A DNA stretch of 64,000 bases from the NCBI GenBank assembly GCA_963817955.1, contig CAWFQK010000004.1:1248001-1312000 (forward strand), given 5' to 3'. The notes under the pieces were generated by a model. The model was not told where the DNA came from and did not search any database. It saw nothing but the letters and a program-made list of their open reading frames with translations. Origin of the DNA: an uncultured Gemmatimonadaceae bacterium. GTDB lineage: Bacteria; Gemmatimonadota; Gemmatimonadetes; Gemmatimonadales; Gemmatimonadaceae. The position numbers and the translations under genes are program-made. Of this stretch, positions 38,540-48,265 are shown in pieces (position 1 is the stretch's first letter; each line of letters begins with the position of its first letter).

Positions 38540-40204
38540 ATGCAGAGCCCGACAACGTACGACTTCGTCATCGTTGGCTCCGGCTTCGGCGGGAGCGTGT
38601 GTGCCATGCGGTTGTCCGAACGCGGCTATAGAGTGCTCGTCCTGGAGCGCGGCAAGCGGTTTCGCGATGAGGATTTTGCGCGCTCCACCTGGAACGTGCG
38701 CCGCTACTTGTGGGCGCCGTTGCTCCGGTGCTTCGGCATTCTGCAGATCAGTCCCTTCAAGGACGTGTGGGTGCTTCACGGATCGGGCGTAGGGGGCGGG
38801 AGCCTTGGGTATGCCAATGTGCTCATGCAACCGAGCGACGAGCTGTTCGCCGCGCCCGCCTGGCGCCATCTCGCGGACTGGAAGACGCTCCTCACGCCAC
38901 ACTTCGACACCGCGCGACGCATGCTCGGTGTGGCGCCCAATCCCAAGCTCTGGCCGGCGGACGACGTCTTGCGCGAGATCGCGGGCGAGCTCGGCACGAG
39001 CAACACATTCGCGCCAACGACGGTGGGTACCTTTTTCGGCGAGCCGGGCCGCGAAGGCGAGCTCGTGGCTGATCCGTACTTTGGCGGCGCGGGTCCCGAG
39101 CGGCGCGGCTGCATCCATTGCGGCGCCTGCATGGTGGGCTGTCGCGAGAACGCCAAGAACACGCTTCCAAAGAACTACTTGTACTTTGCCCAGGCGCATG
39201 GTGCCGAGATTCGCGCGGAGTGCGAGGTGCGAGACATCGTGCCGCTCGGCGAAGACCGGGACGGCGCACGGTACGCGGTACGCTTCCGCCGCTCGACGGC
39301 ACTCTTTGCGACGAAGGAGCAGAGCGTCCACGCGCGCAACGTCATCGTCGCGGCCGGCGCGCTCGGGAGCGTGGGGCTGCTCTTCCGCTGCCGCGACGTC
39401 ACCCGCTCGCTCCCCCTCATCTCGCGGCGTCTGGGCGACTCAGTGCGCACGAACAGCGAGGCTATCCTGGGGAGCGTGTGCCGCGACAGAACGGTGGACT
39501 ACTCGAAGGGTATCGCGATCACGTCGGTGATGAGCGCGGACGCCGAGACCACGATCGAGCCGGTGCGCTATCCGGCGGGATCGTCGATGATGCGCTTTCT
39601 TGGCGGACCAATGGTGGAGGGGAACACGCTGCTCACGCGTCTGCTGAAATCCGCCGCGCATCTGGTGCGCCATCCCATGGATTTCTTGCGCACGCACGTG
39701 GCGCCTGGATGGGCCGAGCGCAGTACCGTGCTGCTGGTGATGCAGACAATCGACAATCGCATAAAGCTGCGCCTGGGGCGCAGCGCACTGACCGGATTCC
39801 GACGCGGGCTTGTGAGCGAGCGAGATGAGATGAGCGCCGCGCGCGGATCCACGGCGGTGGGCAAAGACGTGGGCGAGCGGTTTGCCAACCGCACGAACGG
39901 CATACTCACGGGATCGATCAACGAAGGGTTGTTCGGCACGCCACTCACGGCGCACATCCTGGGTGGCTGTCCGTTCGGGCGCGACGCTGAGGAAGGTGTG
40001 GTCGACCTCAACTGTCAGGTTCACGGACATCAGGGAATTTTCGTGGTGGATGGCTCGATTGTGCCGGCGAATCCCGGCGTGAATCCGAGTCTCACGATCA
40101 CCGCGCTTGCCGAGTATGCAGCAACGCGCATTGCATCCACGAGCGAACCGCCGATCCCGCACCGGTCAGCGGCCAATTCCCTACAGACGACGGCCGGCAC
40201 GTGA
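38540..40204 (+). CDS. GMC oxidoreductase, ChoD/cholesterol-oxidase-like
   Basis: GSGFGG, GVGGGSLGYAN, CIHCGACMVGC..NAKNTL.KNYL, TAHILGGC, GVNPSLTI. Confidence 0.88.
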   Translation: MQSPTTYDFVIVGSGFGGSVCAMRLSERGYRVLVLERGKRFRDEDFARSTWNVRRYLWAPLLRCFGILQISPFKDVWVLHGSGVGGGSLGYANVLMQPSDELFAAPAWRHLADWKTLLTPHFDTARRMLGVAPNPKLWPADDVLREIAGELGTSNTFAPTTVGTFFGEPGREGELVADPYFGGAGPERRGCIHCGACMVGCRENAKNTLPKNYLYFAQAHGAEIRAECEVRDIVPLGEDRDGARYAVRFRRSTALFATKEQSVHARNVIVAAGALGSVGLLFRCRDVTRSLPLISRRLGDSVRTNSEAILGSVCRDRTVDYSKGIAITSVMSADAETTIEPVRYPAGSSMMRFLGGPMVEGNTLLTRLLKSAAHLVRHPMDFLRTHVAPGWAERSTVLLVMQTIDNRIKLRLGRSALTGFRRGLVSERDEMSAARGSTAVGKDVGERFANRTNGILTGSINEGLFGTPLTAHILGGCPFGRDAEEGVVDLNCQVHGHQGIFVVDGSIVPANPGVNPSLTITALAEYAATRIASTSEPPIPHRSAANSLQTTAGT

Positions 40205-40284
40205 GCAAAGTTGAATTGCAGGACCACGGCAGTCTCATTCGCGCGACCGGCGCTCTACACGACGAACAGCATGGAGACGTGACA

Positions 40285-40722
40285 ATGCCCAACAAAGCCA
40301 TCGTGAAAACGCGGCAGATGCCCCTCATCCGAGATTCGGCCAATCAGATCTGGCTGGCCGGACTGGGCGCTCTGTCACTCGCCGAGGACGAGACCGGCAA
40401 GGTGTTCAAGAATCTCGTCAGGCGTGGCAGGACGTTCGAGCAGAGCACCAAGGGTCGTGTCGATCAGCTCAAGGCGAAGCTCGATATGCGTAAGGCGGCA
40501 GGGAATGCCGTGGACAAGATCGGCGACACATTAGACGGCGGCGTCAGCGACGTCCTTCATCGCCTTGGTCTCCCCAGCAAGAAGGAGATCGAAGGCCTGA
40601 GCAAACGCGTCGAGCGGCTGACGAAGACGCTCGAGACGACTCCCACGAAGTCGACACGCCGTCGTTCGACTACGAAGCGTCGTGTAACGTCCGGCGCGTC
40701 GCATCGCGCCACGTCGATGTAA
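40285..40722 (+). CDS. Phasin (PhaF/PhaI-like) granule-associated protein
   Basis: QIWLAGLGA, FKNLVRRG, LHRLGLPSKKEIEGLSKRVERL, basic tail. Confidence 0.82.
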   Translation: MPNKAIVKTRQMPLIRDSANQIWLAGLGALSLAEDETGKVFKNLVRRGRTFEQSTKGRVDQLKAKLDMRKAAGNAVDKIGDTLDGGVSDVLHRLGLPSKKEIEGLSKRVERLTKTLETTPTKSTRRRSTTKRRVTSGASHRATSM

Positions 40723-40732
40723 CACGGGCGCA

Positions 40733-42023
40733 ATGCCACGGAGACGCCGTAGCTCCTCGCGAGGGAAGGTTGGACTCGCCCTCGCGGGGGGCGGCCCCGT
40801 CGGCGCGATGTACGAAATTGGCGCACTCCGGGCACTGGAAGAGGCCGTCGACGGCCTCGACCTCACGGATTTGTGGAGCTACGTGGGCGTGAGCGCCGGC
40901 TCGTTCATCGCGGCTTGCCTGGCGAACGGATTCAGCACCAAAGCCATATCTGTCCGCCGTGCTGCTCGGCGACCGCGATCCACACGGGCTCAAGCCCGAG
41001 CTCTTCTTCACACCGGCGTACCGAGAGCTTGCACTGCGGGGGCTGAAACTGCCTCGTCTCGCTGCCGAAGCCGCGCTCCTGTTCACACGCTTCCCCACCC
41101 CGCGCGCGATCGGCGAAGCACTCGGGCTGCTCGCCCAGGCGCTTCCCGTCGGCATATTCGACAATGACCCGATGCGCCGGTATCTCGCCAAGTTGTTCTC
41201 GGAACCCGGCCGCACCGACGACTTTCGCGAACTCCGACATCCGCTCACTGTGGTGGCGGCGGATCTCTGCGCCGGAAAGCCGATCCGGTTCGGAGACACT
41301 GGACTGGATCACATCCCGATCTCGCTCGCGGTTCAGGCGAGCACAGCGGTGCCAGGGGTATATCCCCCCGTGACGATCGAAGGTCGCGACTGCGTGGACG
41401 GCGTACTCTTGAAGACCGTGCATGCGTCGGTCGCGCTCGAGCATGGCGCCGAGCTGCTCTTCTGCATCAACCCGATCGTGCCGGTGGACCTCAGCGCTGG
41501 CGCGGAGTCTGGCGCCGTTCCCGAGCACGTGCTCGTGCAACTCGGGCTGCCCGCGGTGTTATCGCAGACGTTCCGCACGCTGATCCACTCCCGCCTGCGG
41601 CTCGGCATTTCGCGCTACTCATCGCGTTTTCCGGACGCGGACGTGGTGCTCCTGGAGCCGCGCGCCGACGAATATGCCATGTTCTTCTCGAACATCTTCA
41701 GCTTTCGCACACGCCGTCTGATCTGCGAGCGTGGATACGCGGCGACCCGGCGAGATCTTCTCGGGCGGTTCAACGAACTGTCACCGGTGCTGCGCGGCCA
41801 CGGGTACACGCTGCTCCCAGACGTACTCCTCGACGAAACGCGCGACCTGTGGCGCGGCGCCGGACTCGATCCTGCCATGCACGCCGCCGCCAAATCCGAT
41901 CGCCTATCCGCGATCATCGCGCTGGATCGCAACCTGGCACGGATGGAGCGCGCGGCGGGAGTGGTCGCTCCGAGAGCCGCCAGACGAACGCACCCTCCTG
42001 CTCGCGGGCGGCGGCACGGCTGA
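40733..42023 (+). CDS. Patatin-like phospholipase (one frameshift ~40945-40958)
   Basis: LAGGGP.G..YEIG, GVSAG nucleophile motif, ASTAVPG, DGVL in the second frame. Confidence 0.82.
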
Positions 42024-43122
42024 GCCCCCGGCTCCCATAGGGCGGCCGGCGGAGACGCCGGCACAACGAGAGAATGGGCCAGCCGAACGGCAGATAGAAC
42101 GCCAGCAAGTCCAGGTCGCGCACGAACGCGTGCAGACGATTGCGCGCCGGCGGCCGCGTGCGATCACGATCGAAGCGGACGAACGACAACGGCCAGCCTG
42201 TGGGCAGCACGCGCCAGATGCGCTTGCCGGCGGCGCGCAATGCGCTCCATAGCGACTGACGATCGTACGGGCGATCACCGTACGTGGCGACATGACCGTT
42301 GAGCTCGGCCTGCATGTGCTTCCGGATCCGCGCCGCCGTGCGCTCGCGCGTTGGACGGTTGGGATGTTCGTACGACGTCGCACCTTCCTCGCGCAGCATC
42401 TGGCGCACGTCGATCGGGTCGCCGATCACGAATGTCAGATGGGCAGGCAACGCCAGATACCACATCCAGGGGAAGATCAGCGCGAGAATGCCGGCCGGAA
42501 GTGGCAGAAATGGAACATAGAACTTCTGCATCAGGCGGTCGAGCGGGGGGAACGTCACGTGGAACGGCATGATCCACTCGCCATTGACCACGCTCACGGG
42601 GTAGACCGGCACGTCGTATTGAGCGGCGAGAACGACGAAGCTCGTGCGAAAGCGCTGGAGTTGATAGCGGCGATTGAATCCTTTGCCTATTCCCGGCACG
42701 CCTTCGGGATAGTAGATGATGCGTTCGCTCCGCTCGATCAGTCGCTCGAAGTTGTCGTACGTCATGTCCACACCGCCGCCGCGTCTCCACAGATTGTCGA
42801 CACCGAACGGCCGCATCCACCACGCGAGCGCCAGCGCGGGCTCGAACACCGAGCGGTACTTGGTGTCGGCGCGCATGCCATCGCGTTGCCACAGCGCGAA
42901 ATCGAAGACGATGGCATCGTACGGGAACGCCGTGCCACTGTGATTCGCAGCCAGGATCACCGGTCCATCCTGCGGGAGCTTCTCGGCTCCAATGATGCGC
43001 GGTCGAAAATAATGATCGCTGATCGGACCGATGACCTCACGGACGAGCGCTTGGCAGTACTCGGTGCTGAATGGCTCGTAACAGTGCGCCGTGCTCTCGA
43101 CGCGCGCGTCTATGACCGTCAC
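41914..43122 (-). CDS. PlsC/DGAT-like acyltransferase
   Basis: NHSGTAFPYD (NHx-D motif), YYPEGVPG. Confidence 0.82.
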   Translation of the reverse strand: MTVIDARVESTAHCYEPFSTEYCQALVREVIGPISDHYFRPRIIGAEKLPQDGPVILAANHSGTAFPYDAIVFDFALWQRDGMRADTKYRSVFEPALALAWWMRPFGVDNLWRRGGGVDMTYDNFERLIERSERIIYYPEGVPGIGKGFNRRYQLQRFRTSFVVLAAQYDVPVYPVSVVNGEWIMPFHVTFPPLDRLMQKFYVPFLPLPAGILALIFPWMWYLALPAHLTFVIGDPIDVRQMLREEGATSYEHPNRPTRERTAARIRKHMQAELNGHVATYGDRPYDRQSLWSALRAAGKRIWRVLPTGWPLSFVRFDRDRTRPPARNRLHAFVRDLDLLAFYLPFGWPILSLCRRLRRPPYGSRGLSRAAAREQEGAFVWRLSERPLPPRAPSVPGCDPAR

Positions 43123-43123
43123 G

Positions 43124-44791
43124 CTATCCTCCCCGACGAAATGCCAATATCAACGCAGTGACAAAGAGCGTTGCCCAGATGGGCCACGCCACACCGAATG
43201 CCATGAGAATGGCGCCGGCAACCAGACAGAAGCCGGCGAGCAGAGTACCGCGGACGCCGGACAACGGGTTTTCCTGGGGAGTCCGCGTATTTCGCTCGAG
43301 CACGCGAACGCCTTCGGTGACGAGGGACGGCAGCTTCACCAGCGCATCGAGGAGGTCCGGCGCGCCGCGCAACTCGTCGCGCGCAATGCGCAGTGGATTG
43401 AACTGCTCCAGGAACACCGAACGGACGTGGCGGCGCGACACGGTGGCCACGTCGAACCCGGGGAGCAGCACATGCCCCACGCCTTCATAGGTGATGAGGG
43501 CCTTCACCATCAGCACCAACTCGACCGGGAAGTACATGCGGTACTGACCGCCCTGGGCAACCGATTCCAGCACCAACTGCGCGAGCGAGAAACTCTCGAA
43601 CGTGGACGCGCGGTGCCAGCGCGACGAGATCTCGGCCACATCGCGCCGGAATCCGACCGGGTCGCCGCCCGGTCCAGGGTGCGCGACGGCAGCGAGATAT
43701 CGCGCCGCGTTCTCCGAATCGCCCGTGACGAGTGAGTAGAAGTAGTAGAGCAGCGCACGCCGCAGGTCCGGATCCATTCGTCCGACCATCCCCAGATCGA
43801 TGAATCCAATCTTGGCGTGTGGTAGAATGAGCAGATTTCCCGGATGCAGATCGGCGTGGAAGAATCCGTCGCGATACAGCATGCGGATGATTGCCAGCGC
43901 GCCGAGGTCGACGAGGTGCTCGCGTACCGACTCTTCGATTGCCAGCGCGCCCGGCGCATCGGGGCGCACCCCGTCGAGGTACTGCATCGTGAGCACCCGA
44001 CGTCCACTGAGATTGCGTTGGATGGTCGGGAACACGATGTCGGGCTGGTCGGAGAAGTTCGCCGCGAACGTCTCGGCGTTGTCGGCCTCGCGCCGCAGGT
44101 CGATCTCGCGCAGCGTATAGTCGCAGAACTCGGCAATGATCCGCTGCGGCTGGTAGCGCGACAGTACGAGCTGGAGTGTGGCGCCAAGAACGCGCAGAAG
44201 CTTCGCGTCGCGCTCGAGCGTTTCTGCCACACCCGGCTTTACCGCCTTGATGACGACGTCGTCGCCAAAGAGCGTACGTGCGCGATGGATCTGCGCAATC
44301 GATGCCGATGCGAGCGGCGCAGGATCGATCGACTCGTACATTCGATCGACGGAGCGGCCGAGGTCGCGCTCGACCAGCACGCGGAACTCGGCGAACGTCA
44401 CTGCCGGCAACTCGTTGAGTAAGTGCCTGAGCTCCGAGGTTACCGATGCGGGGAGAATGTCCTCGCGTAGGCTGAGAATCTGGCCGAGCTTGATGTAGGT
44501 GGTTCCCATCAACTCGAGTCGACGGCGAAACTGCACGGCAAACTCGAGGTCCACGAGGTCCTTTCGCACGAATGGCCGCGCAACCACGGCGGCCATTCGT
44601 ACGAGCAGCCGAGCAGGCGGCCGGCTGTCGCCCGGACGGCGCCGCGCGTGCGCGACGAGCGCGCCCAGTGCCAGGCCCGCCAGGTGTCGATTGACCACAA
44701 AGGCACGGCGCACGATGCCCGGCGGCGAGCGGACGACCAATCGCTCGAAGCTACGTGGCAGTTCCGCCGACGCGTGGGCCATCGTGGTCAT
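43124..44791 (-). CDS. ABC1/UbiB (AarF) family atypical kinase
   Basis: YIKLGQILS.REDILP, ASASIAQIHRA, FHADLHPGN, IDLGMVG; C-terminal TMs. Confidence 0.92.
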   Translation of the reverse strand: MTTMAHASAELPRSFERLVVRSPPGIVRRAFVVNRHLAGLALGALVAHARRRPGDSRPPARLLVRMAAVVARPFVRKDLVDLEFAVQFRRRLELMGTTYIKLGQILSLREDILPASVTSELRHLLNELPAVTFAEFRVLVERDLGRSVDRMYESIDPAPLASASIAQIHRARTLFGDDVVIKAVKPGVAETLERDAKLLRVLGATLQLVLSRYQPQRIIAEFCDYTLREIDLRREADNAETFAANFSDQPDIVFPTIQRNLSGRRVLTMQYLDGVRPDAPGALAIEESVREHLVDLGALAIIRMLYRDGFFHADLHPGNLLILPHAKIGFIDLGMVGRMDPDLRRALLYYFYSLVTGDSENAARYLAAVAHPGPGGDPVGFRRDVAEISSRWHRASTFESFSLAQLVLESVAQGGQYRMYFPVELVLMVKALITYEGVGHVLLPGFDVATVSRRHVRSVFLEQFNPLRIARDELRGAPDLLDALVKLPSLVTEGVRVLERNTRTPQENPLSGVRGTLLAGFCLVAGAILMAFGVAWPIWATLFVTALILAFRRGG

Positions 44792-45972
44792 CGATTGCGT
44801 CCGAGCCGCTCATGCGCCGAGACCCATTCCAGCGTGGAGATCGCAGCGGCGAGAGACAACTCGCCGGCGAGTACCGTGGCGGCAACGATCTCGGCGAGCT
44901 TGTTGACGCTTCCGGGGCCATCGCAACCGATCATGCCCAGACACTCGCGTTGCGTGGGCAGATGCGTACCGCCACCGTGCGTCGCCACGATCAACGAGGG
45001 TATGGTGATGGAGAAATACAGATCACCGGCCGGGGTCAGCTCCACATAGGTGGTCGCGGCCACACTCTCGGCGACATTCGCCACGTCCTGGCCGAGCGCA
45101 ATGAACATCGCGGTGATGGCGTTCGCCGAATGCAGCCCGTTGTTGTTCGTGCCCGAGAGGAGCGCGGCGACGTTCGCCACGCCCCAGTGATACGCGAGTT
45201 GCTCCGGCTCCACGCGGAGCCGCTCGCGCAGCAGGGCGCGCGGGATCGTCACCTCGGCTGTCACCCGCTTGCCTCGCGGGTGCAGGATGTTGACAGCCGA
45301 AGGTTTCTTGTCGGTGGCAAAATTCGACTCGAGGAACGAGCGGCGGACCTTGGCATTATTCGCCAGGATCCATTTGTAGGCGGCGTACGTCGCCTTGCCG
45401 ACCATGTTCTGTCCAGCGGCATCGCCCGTGGTGAAGTTGAAGCGAATGAACGCGAATTTGCTGGCCAGGAATGACTCGATGCGCACCAGTCTGGCCACGT
45501 GCGACGTTGCTTCGGCCTGCACGCGGATCTCATTCATGTGCTCGGCAATCCAGTCGACGAAGTCGCGCGCATCGCGGGCATTGTCGAACACGAACACGGG
45601 CGCGCGCTGCATGGCATCGCTGGAAATGGTCGTCATCACGCCGCCGGCGAGGGACGCGACCTTCATACCTCGGCTGTACGACGCCACCAGCGTGCCCTCG
45701 GTGGTCGCCAGCGGAATCAGAAAGTCGCCGTGTGCGTGCTCGCCATTCACTGTGAGCGGCCCGGCAACGCCGAGTGGAATCTGGGCGGCGCCGAGCAGGT
45801 TCTCGATATTGCAGACCGTCTCTTCCGCGGGGATGGCGGACTGCGAGACATAGTTCAGCTTGGTGCCCGTTTGCTCCTCGCAGAACGTGCACCGTTGCGC
45901 CGCGAGCGCCGGAGAATGGTCCGTCGCCACGTTCCGGTTGTGGGGGATATGCGTTGTCATTACAGATGTCAC
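44788..45972 (-). CDS. Class I HMG-CoA reductase-like protein
   Basis: NIENLLG, PLATTEGTLVAS, GDAAGQNM, GQDVA, GGGT, GELSL. Confidence 0.88.
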   Translation of the reverse strand: MTSVMTTHIPHNRNVATDHSPALAAQRCTFCEEQTGTKLNYVSQSAIPAEETVCNIENLLGAAQIPLGVAGPLTVNGEHAHGDFLIPLATTEGTLVASYSRGMKVASLAGGVMTTISSDAMQRAPVFVFDNARDARDFVDWIAEHMNEIRVQAEATSHVARLVRIESFLASKFAFIRFNFTTGDAAGQNMVGKATYAAYKWILANNAKVRRSFLESNFATDKKPSAVNILHPRGKRVTAEVTIPRALLRERLRVEPEQLAYHWGVANVAALLSGTNNNGLHSANAITAMFIALGQDVANVAESVAATTYVELTPAGDLYFSITIPSLIVATHGGGTHLPTQRECLGMIGCDGPGSVNKLAEIVAATVLAGELSLAAAISTLEWVSAHERLGRNR

Positions 45973-46071
45973 AAGTGCCGCCTCGTGTGCCGGTCAGGAT
46001 CGACAATGCGGCACACGAGGCTCAAAATCATTAGGGCAAATCACAGTTCACTGTGAGTGCTTTCCCGACTT

Positions 46072-46659
46072 TTATCGAAGATCGGGATTGAGCTCGGGAG
46101 CTTTCAGCTCATCGTGACCGAGCTCACGCATGTCCGCCGCGCGTGGCGGTGCGCCGGTGATCATGGCCTTCATGGCATTGAAGAGCACGCGCGGCGTGCG
46201 ACGATCGTGTTTCGAGTACACCGCCGTGTCCGCCTGAACGAGAATGAGGCCGATGCGCGGATCGTGCGGGCCACCGTCGCGCCTGCCGTCCCCTTCGTCG
46301 CCGAGCCACATCTTCCAGTCGGGCTGATAGAGCGAGTCGATGAGATCGCGATCGCGCGACAGAATCGCATGGCCGCTCACACTCACCCACTCCTTGGAAC
46401 GGCTGTTGAAATACGACAGGTTCACGTGCGGATCGCGCGCGAGCTCTTCGTATTTCTCGCTCTCGATGTTGGTCATGAACCACAGGTCGGTGCCCGTGGT
46501 GCGGCGCTGCGTCTGCATTGGCCGCGACACGAGAGAACCATCGGCGCGACGCGTCGTCACCATGGCGGTTTCAATGCCGTCGATGAGCGAGTACAGGTCG
46601 TCGAGCTTGTTCGCGAGCGGGACTTCGTTGTCGTGGGATTTTTCGGCGGAGTCAGTCAT
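46072..46659 (-). CDS. Pyridoxamine 5'-phosphate oxidase-like general stress protein
   Basis: AMVTTRRADGSLVSRPM, LWFMT, VNLSY, WVSVSG. Confidence 0.82.
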   Translation of the reverse strand: MTDSAEKSHDNEVPLANKLDDLYSLIDGIETAMVTTRRADGSLVSRPMQTQRRTTGTDLWFMTNIESEKYEELARDPHVNLSYFNSRSKEWVSVSGHAILSRDRDLIDSLYQPDWKMWLGDEGDGRRDGGPHDPRIGLILVQADTAVYSKHDRRTPRVLFNAMKAMITGAPPRAADMRELGHDELKAPELNPDLR

Positions 46660-46661
46660 GG

Positions 46662-46709
46662 GTGTCATCCTGAGGGAGCGAGATCCTTCGCATTCGCTCA
46701 GGATGACAC
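46662..46709. repeat. Palindromic REP-like element GTGTCATCCTGAG...CTCAGGATGACAC
   Basis: 13-bp inverted repeat; related half-copies at 51782-51832. Confidence 0.8.
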
Positions 46710-46716
46710 GGCAGTT

Positions 46717-47202
46717 TCAATGCCGTAGGGCCATGACCGCTTCCTCGACATCGGCGGCGTGATTCTGTGGTTTCACCTTCTCGAAAACCGTCGCGATCCG
46801 ACCTCTGGGATCAATGACGAATGTCGTCCGGTTCACACCCCAATACCGTTTGCCGAGCATACTCTTTTCCGTCCACACACCGTACCGGTCGGCAATGGCA
46901 TGATCGGTGTCGGCGATCAGCCTGTACGGAAGCTGATATTTCGCTTTGAACTTGCGGTGCGACTCTACCGAGTCGGGACTCACACCGAGCACGACAGCAT
47001 CGAGTCCCTCGAACCGAGGGAGGGCGTCTCGAAACGAGCACGCCTCGATGGTTCAGCCGAAGGTGTTGTCCTTGGGATAGAAGAACAACACCACGACGCG
47101 GCCCTTGAAGTCCGAGAGCGACACGCGCTTGCCCTGGTCGTCGAGCGCCGTGAAATCGGGGGCCTTCACCCCCGTAGTCACCTGACTGATTGCATTGCCC
47201 AT
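46717..47202 (-). CDS. bcp: BCP/PrxQ peroxiredoxin with an in-frame UGA at the peroxidatic Cys (probable selenoprotein)
   Basis: [12 protein letters not shown](47053-47055)-TIEACSFRD continues in frame to GVSPD...RTTFVID; 162 codons including the final stop. Confidence 0.88.
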
Positions 47203-47324
47203 GAATCCATCCTGGCGTTGGCCGCAAGGTGGTTGTGGTCCTGTTCTGATGGACACACAGTGAACGGAGCAATTCGGTTGCATCTTGAGTGCCGTTTCCG
47301 TTCACCCGCTGGCGTGCGGAAGGC

Positions 47325-48233
47325 TTACAGCGGTTCCCCGCCCATGAGCGCGGCCATGATCGCCTTCTGGATGTGGAGCCGATTCTCAGCCTCATCCCAG
47401 ACCCGGCTCTGCGGCCCGTCAATGACCTCCGCGGCTACTTCCTCGCCGCGGTGCGCGGGTAGGCAGTGCAGGAAGATCGCGTTCTTATCGGCCTCTTTCA
47501 TCAGCTTGGAATTCACCGTGAATCCGGCGAACGCGCGCTCGCGATCTTTCTGCTCCTGCTCCTGGCCCATCGAGGCCCACACGTCGGTGCTGACGACGTG
47601 CGCTCCATGCGCCGCTTCCATGGGGTCCCGGAGGACGCGGACCTTTGCGACCGTCTGCGCGCGCTCGAGCAGACGGTCGGCCGGCTCGTAGCCTTCCGGA
47701 CAGGCTATATCGAGGTCGAAGCCAAATCGGTACGCCGCGTTGATCCAGGAGTTCGCCATGTTGTTGCCGTCGCCGATCCACGCATACTTCTTGTCGCGCA
47801 CCCCACCGAGATGCTGGCGCACCGTGAGCAGATCGGCGAGGACCTGGCAGGGATGCAGCAGATCGGTGAGGCCGTTGATCACCGGGACATCGGCGTACTT
47901 GGCCAATTCCACGATGTCCTGGTGCGCAAAGGTGCGGATCATGATGCCGTCCACATACCGCGACAAGACGCGCGCGGTGTCGGCGATCGGCTCCCCGCGA
48001 CCCAGTTGCACGTCGCGAGGCGAGAGAAAGAGGGCGTGCCCACCAAGCTGATAGGTGCCGGCCTCGAATGACACGCGCGTTCTCGTGCTCGACTTCATGA
48101 AGATCATCGCGAGCGTCTTTCCCGCCAGCGGCTTCTTGTTGTACTTCCCTTCGCGCATACACTCGGCGATGGCGAACAGTGAGTCGAGCTCGTCGGAAGA
48201 GAAGTCGGGAATGGCGAGGAAGTCGGAGGTCAT
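47325..48233 (-). CDS. argF: Ornithine carbamoyltransferase
   Basis: SSTRTRVSFE, HPCQ, TDVWASMG, LHCLP. Confidence 0.95.
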   Translation of the reverse strand: MTSDFLAIPDFSSDELDSLFAIAECMREGKYNKKPLAGKTLAMIFMKSSTRTRVSFEAGTYQLGGHALFLSPRDVQLGRGEPIADTARVLSRYVDGIMIRTFAHQDIVELAKYADVPVINGLTDLLHPCQVLADLLTVRQHLGGVRDKKYAWIGDGNNMANSWINAAYRFGFDLDIACPEGYEPADRLLERAQTVAKVRVLRDPMEAAHGAHVVSTDVWASMGQEQEQKDRERAFAGFTVNSKLMKEADKNAIFLHCLPAHRGEEVAAEVIDGPQSRVWDEAENRLHIQKAIMAALMGGEPL

Positions 48234-48265
48234 GTGGGGGCGGGTTGCTGGTGGAGACGACAACG

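Noticed and set aside
40733..42023. Programmed frameshift in the patatin gene
   Set aside because: No slippery heptamer or homopolymer at the junction; an indel error or mutation is more likely.
46041..46056. TCACAGT-TC-ACTGTGA palindrome as a CRP site
   Set aside because: Half-sites are inverted relative to TGTGA-N6-TCACA; it may be another operator, but there is no second copy to support it.
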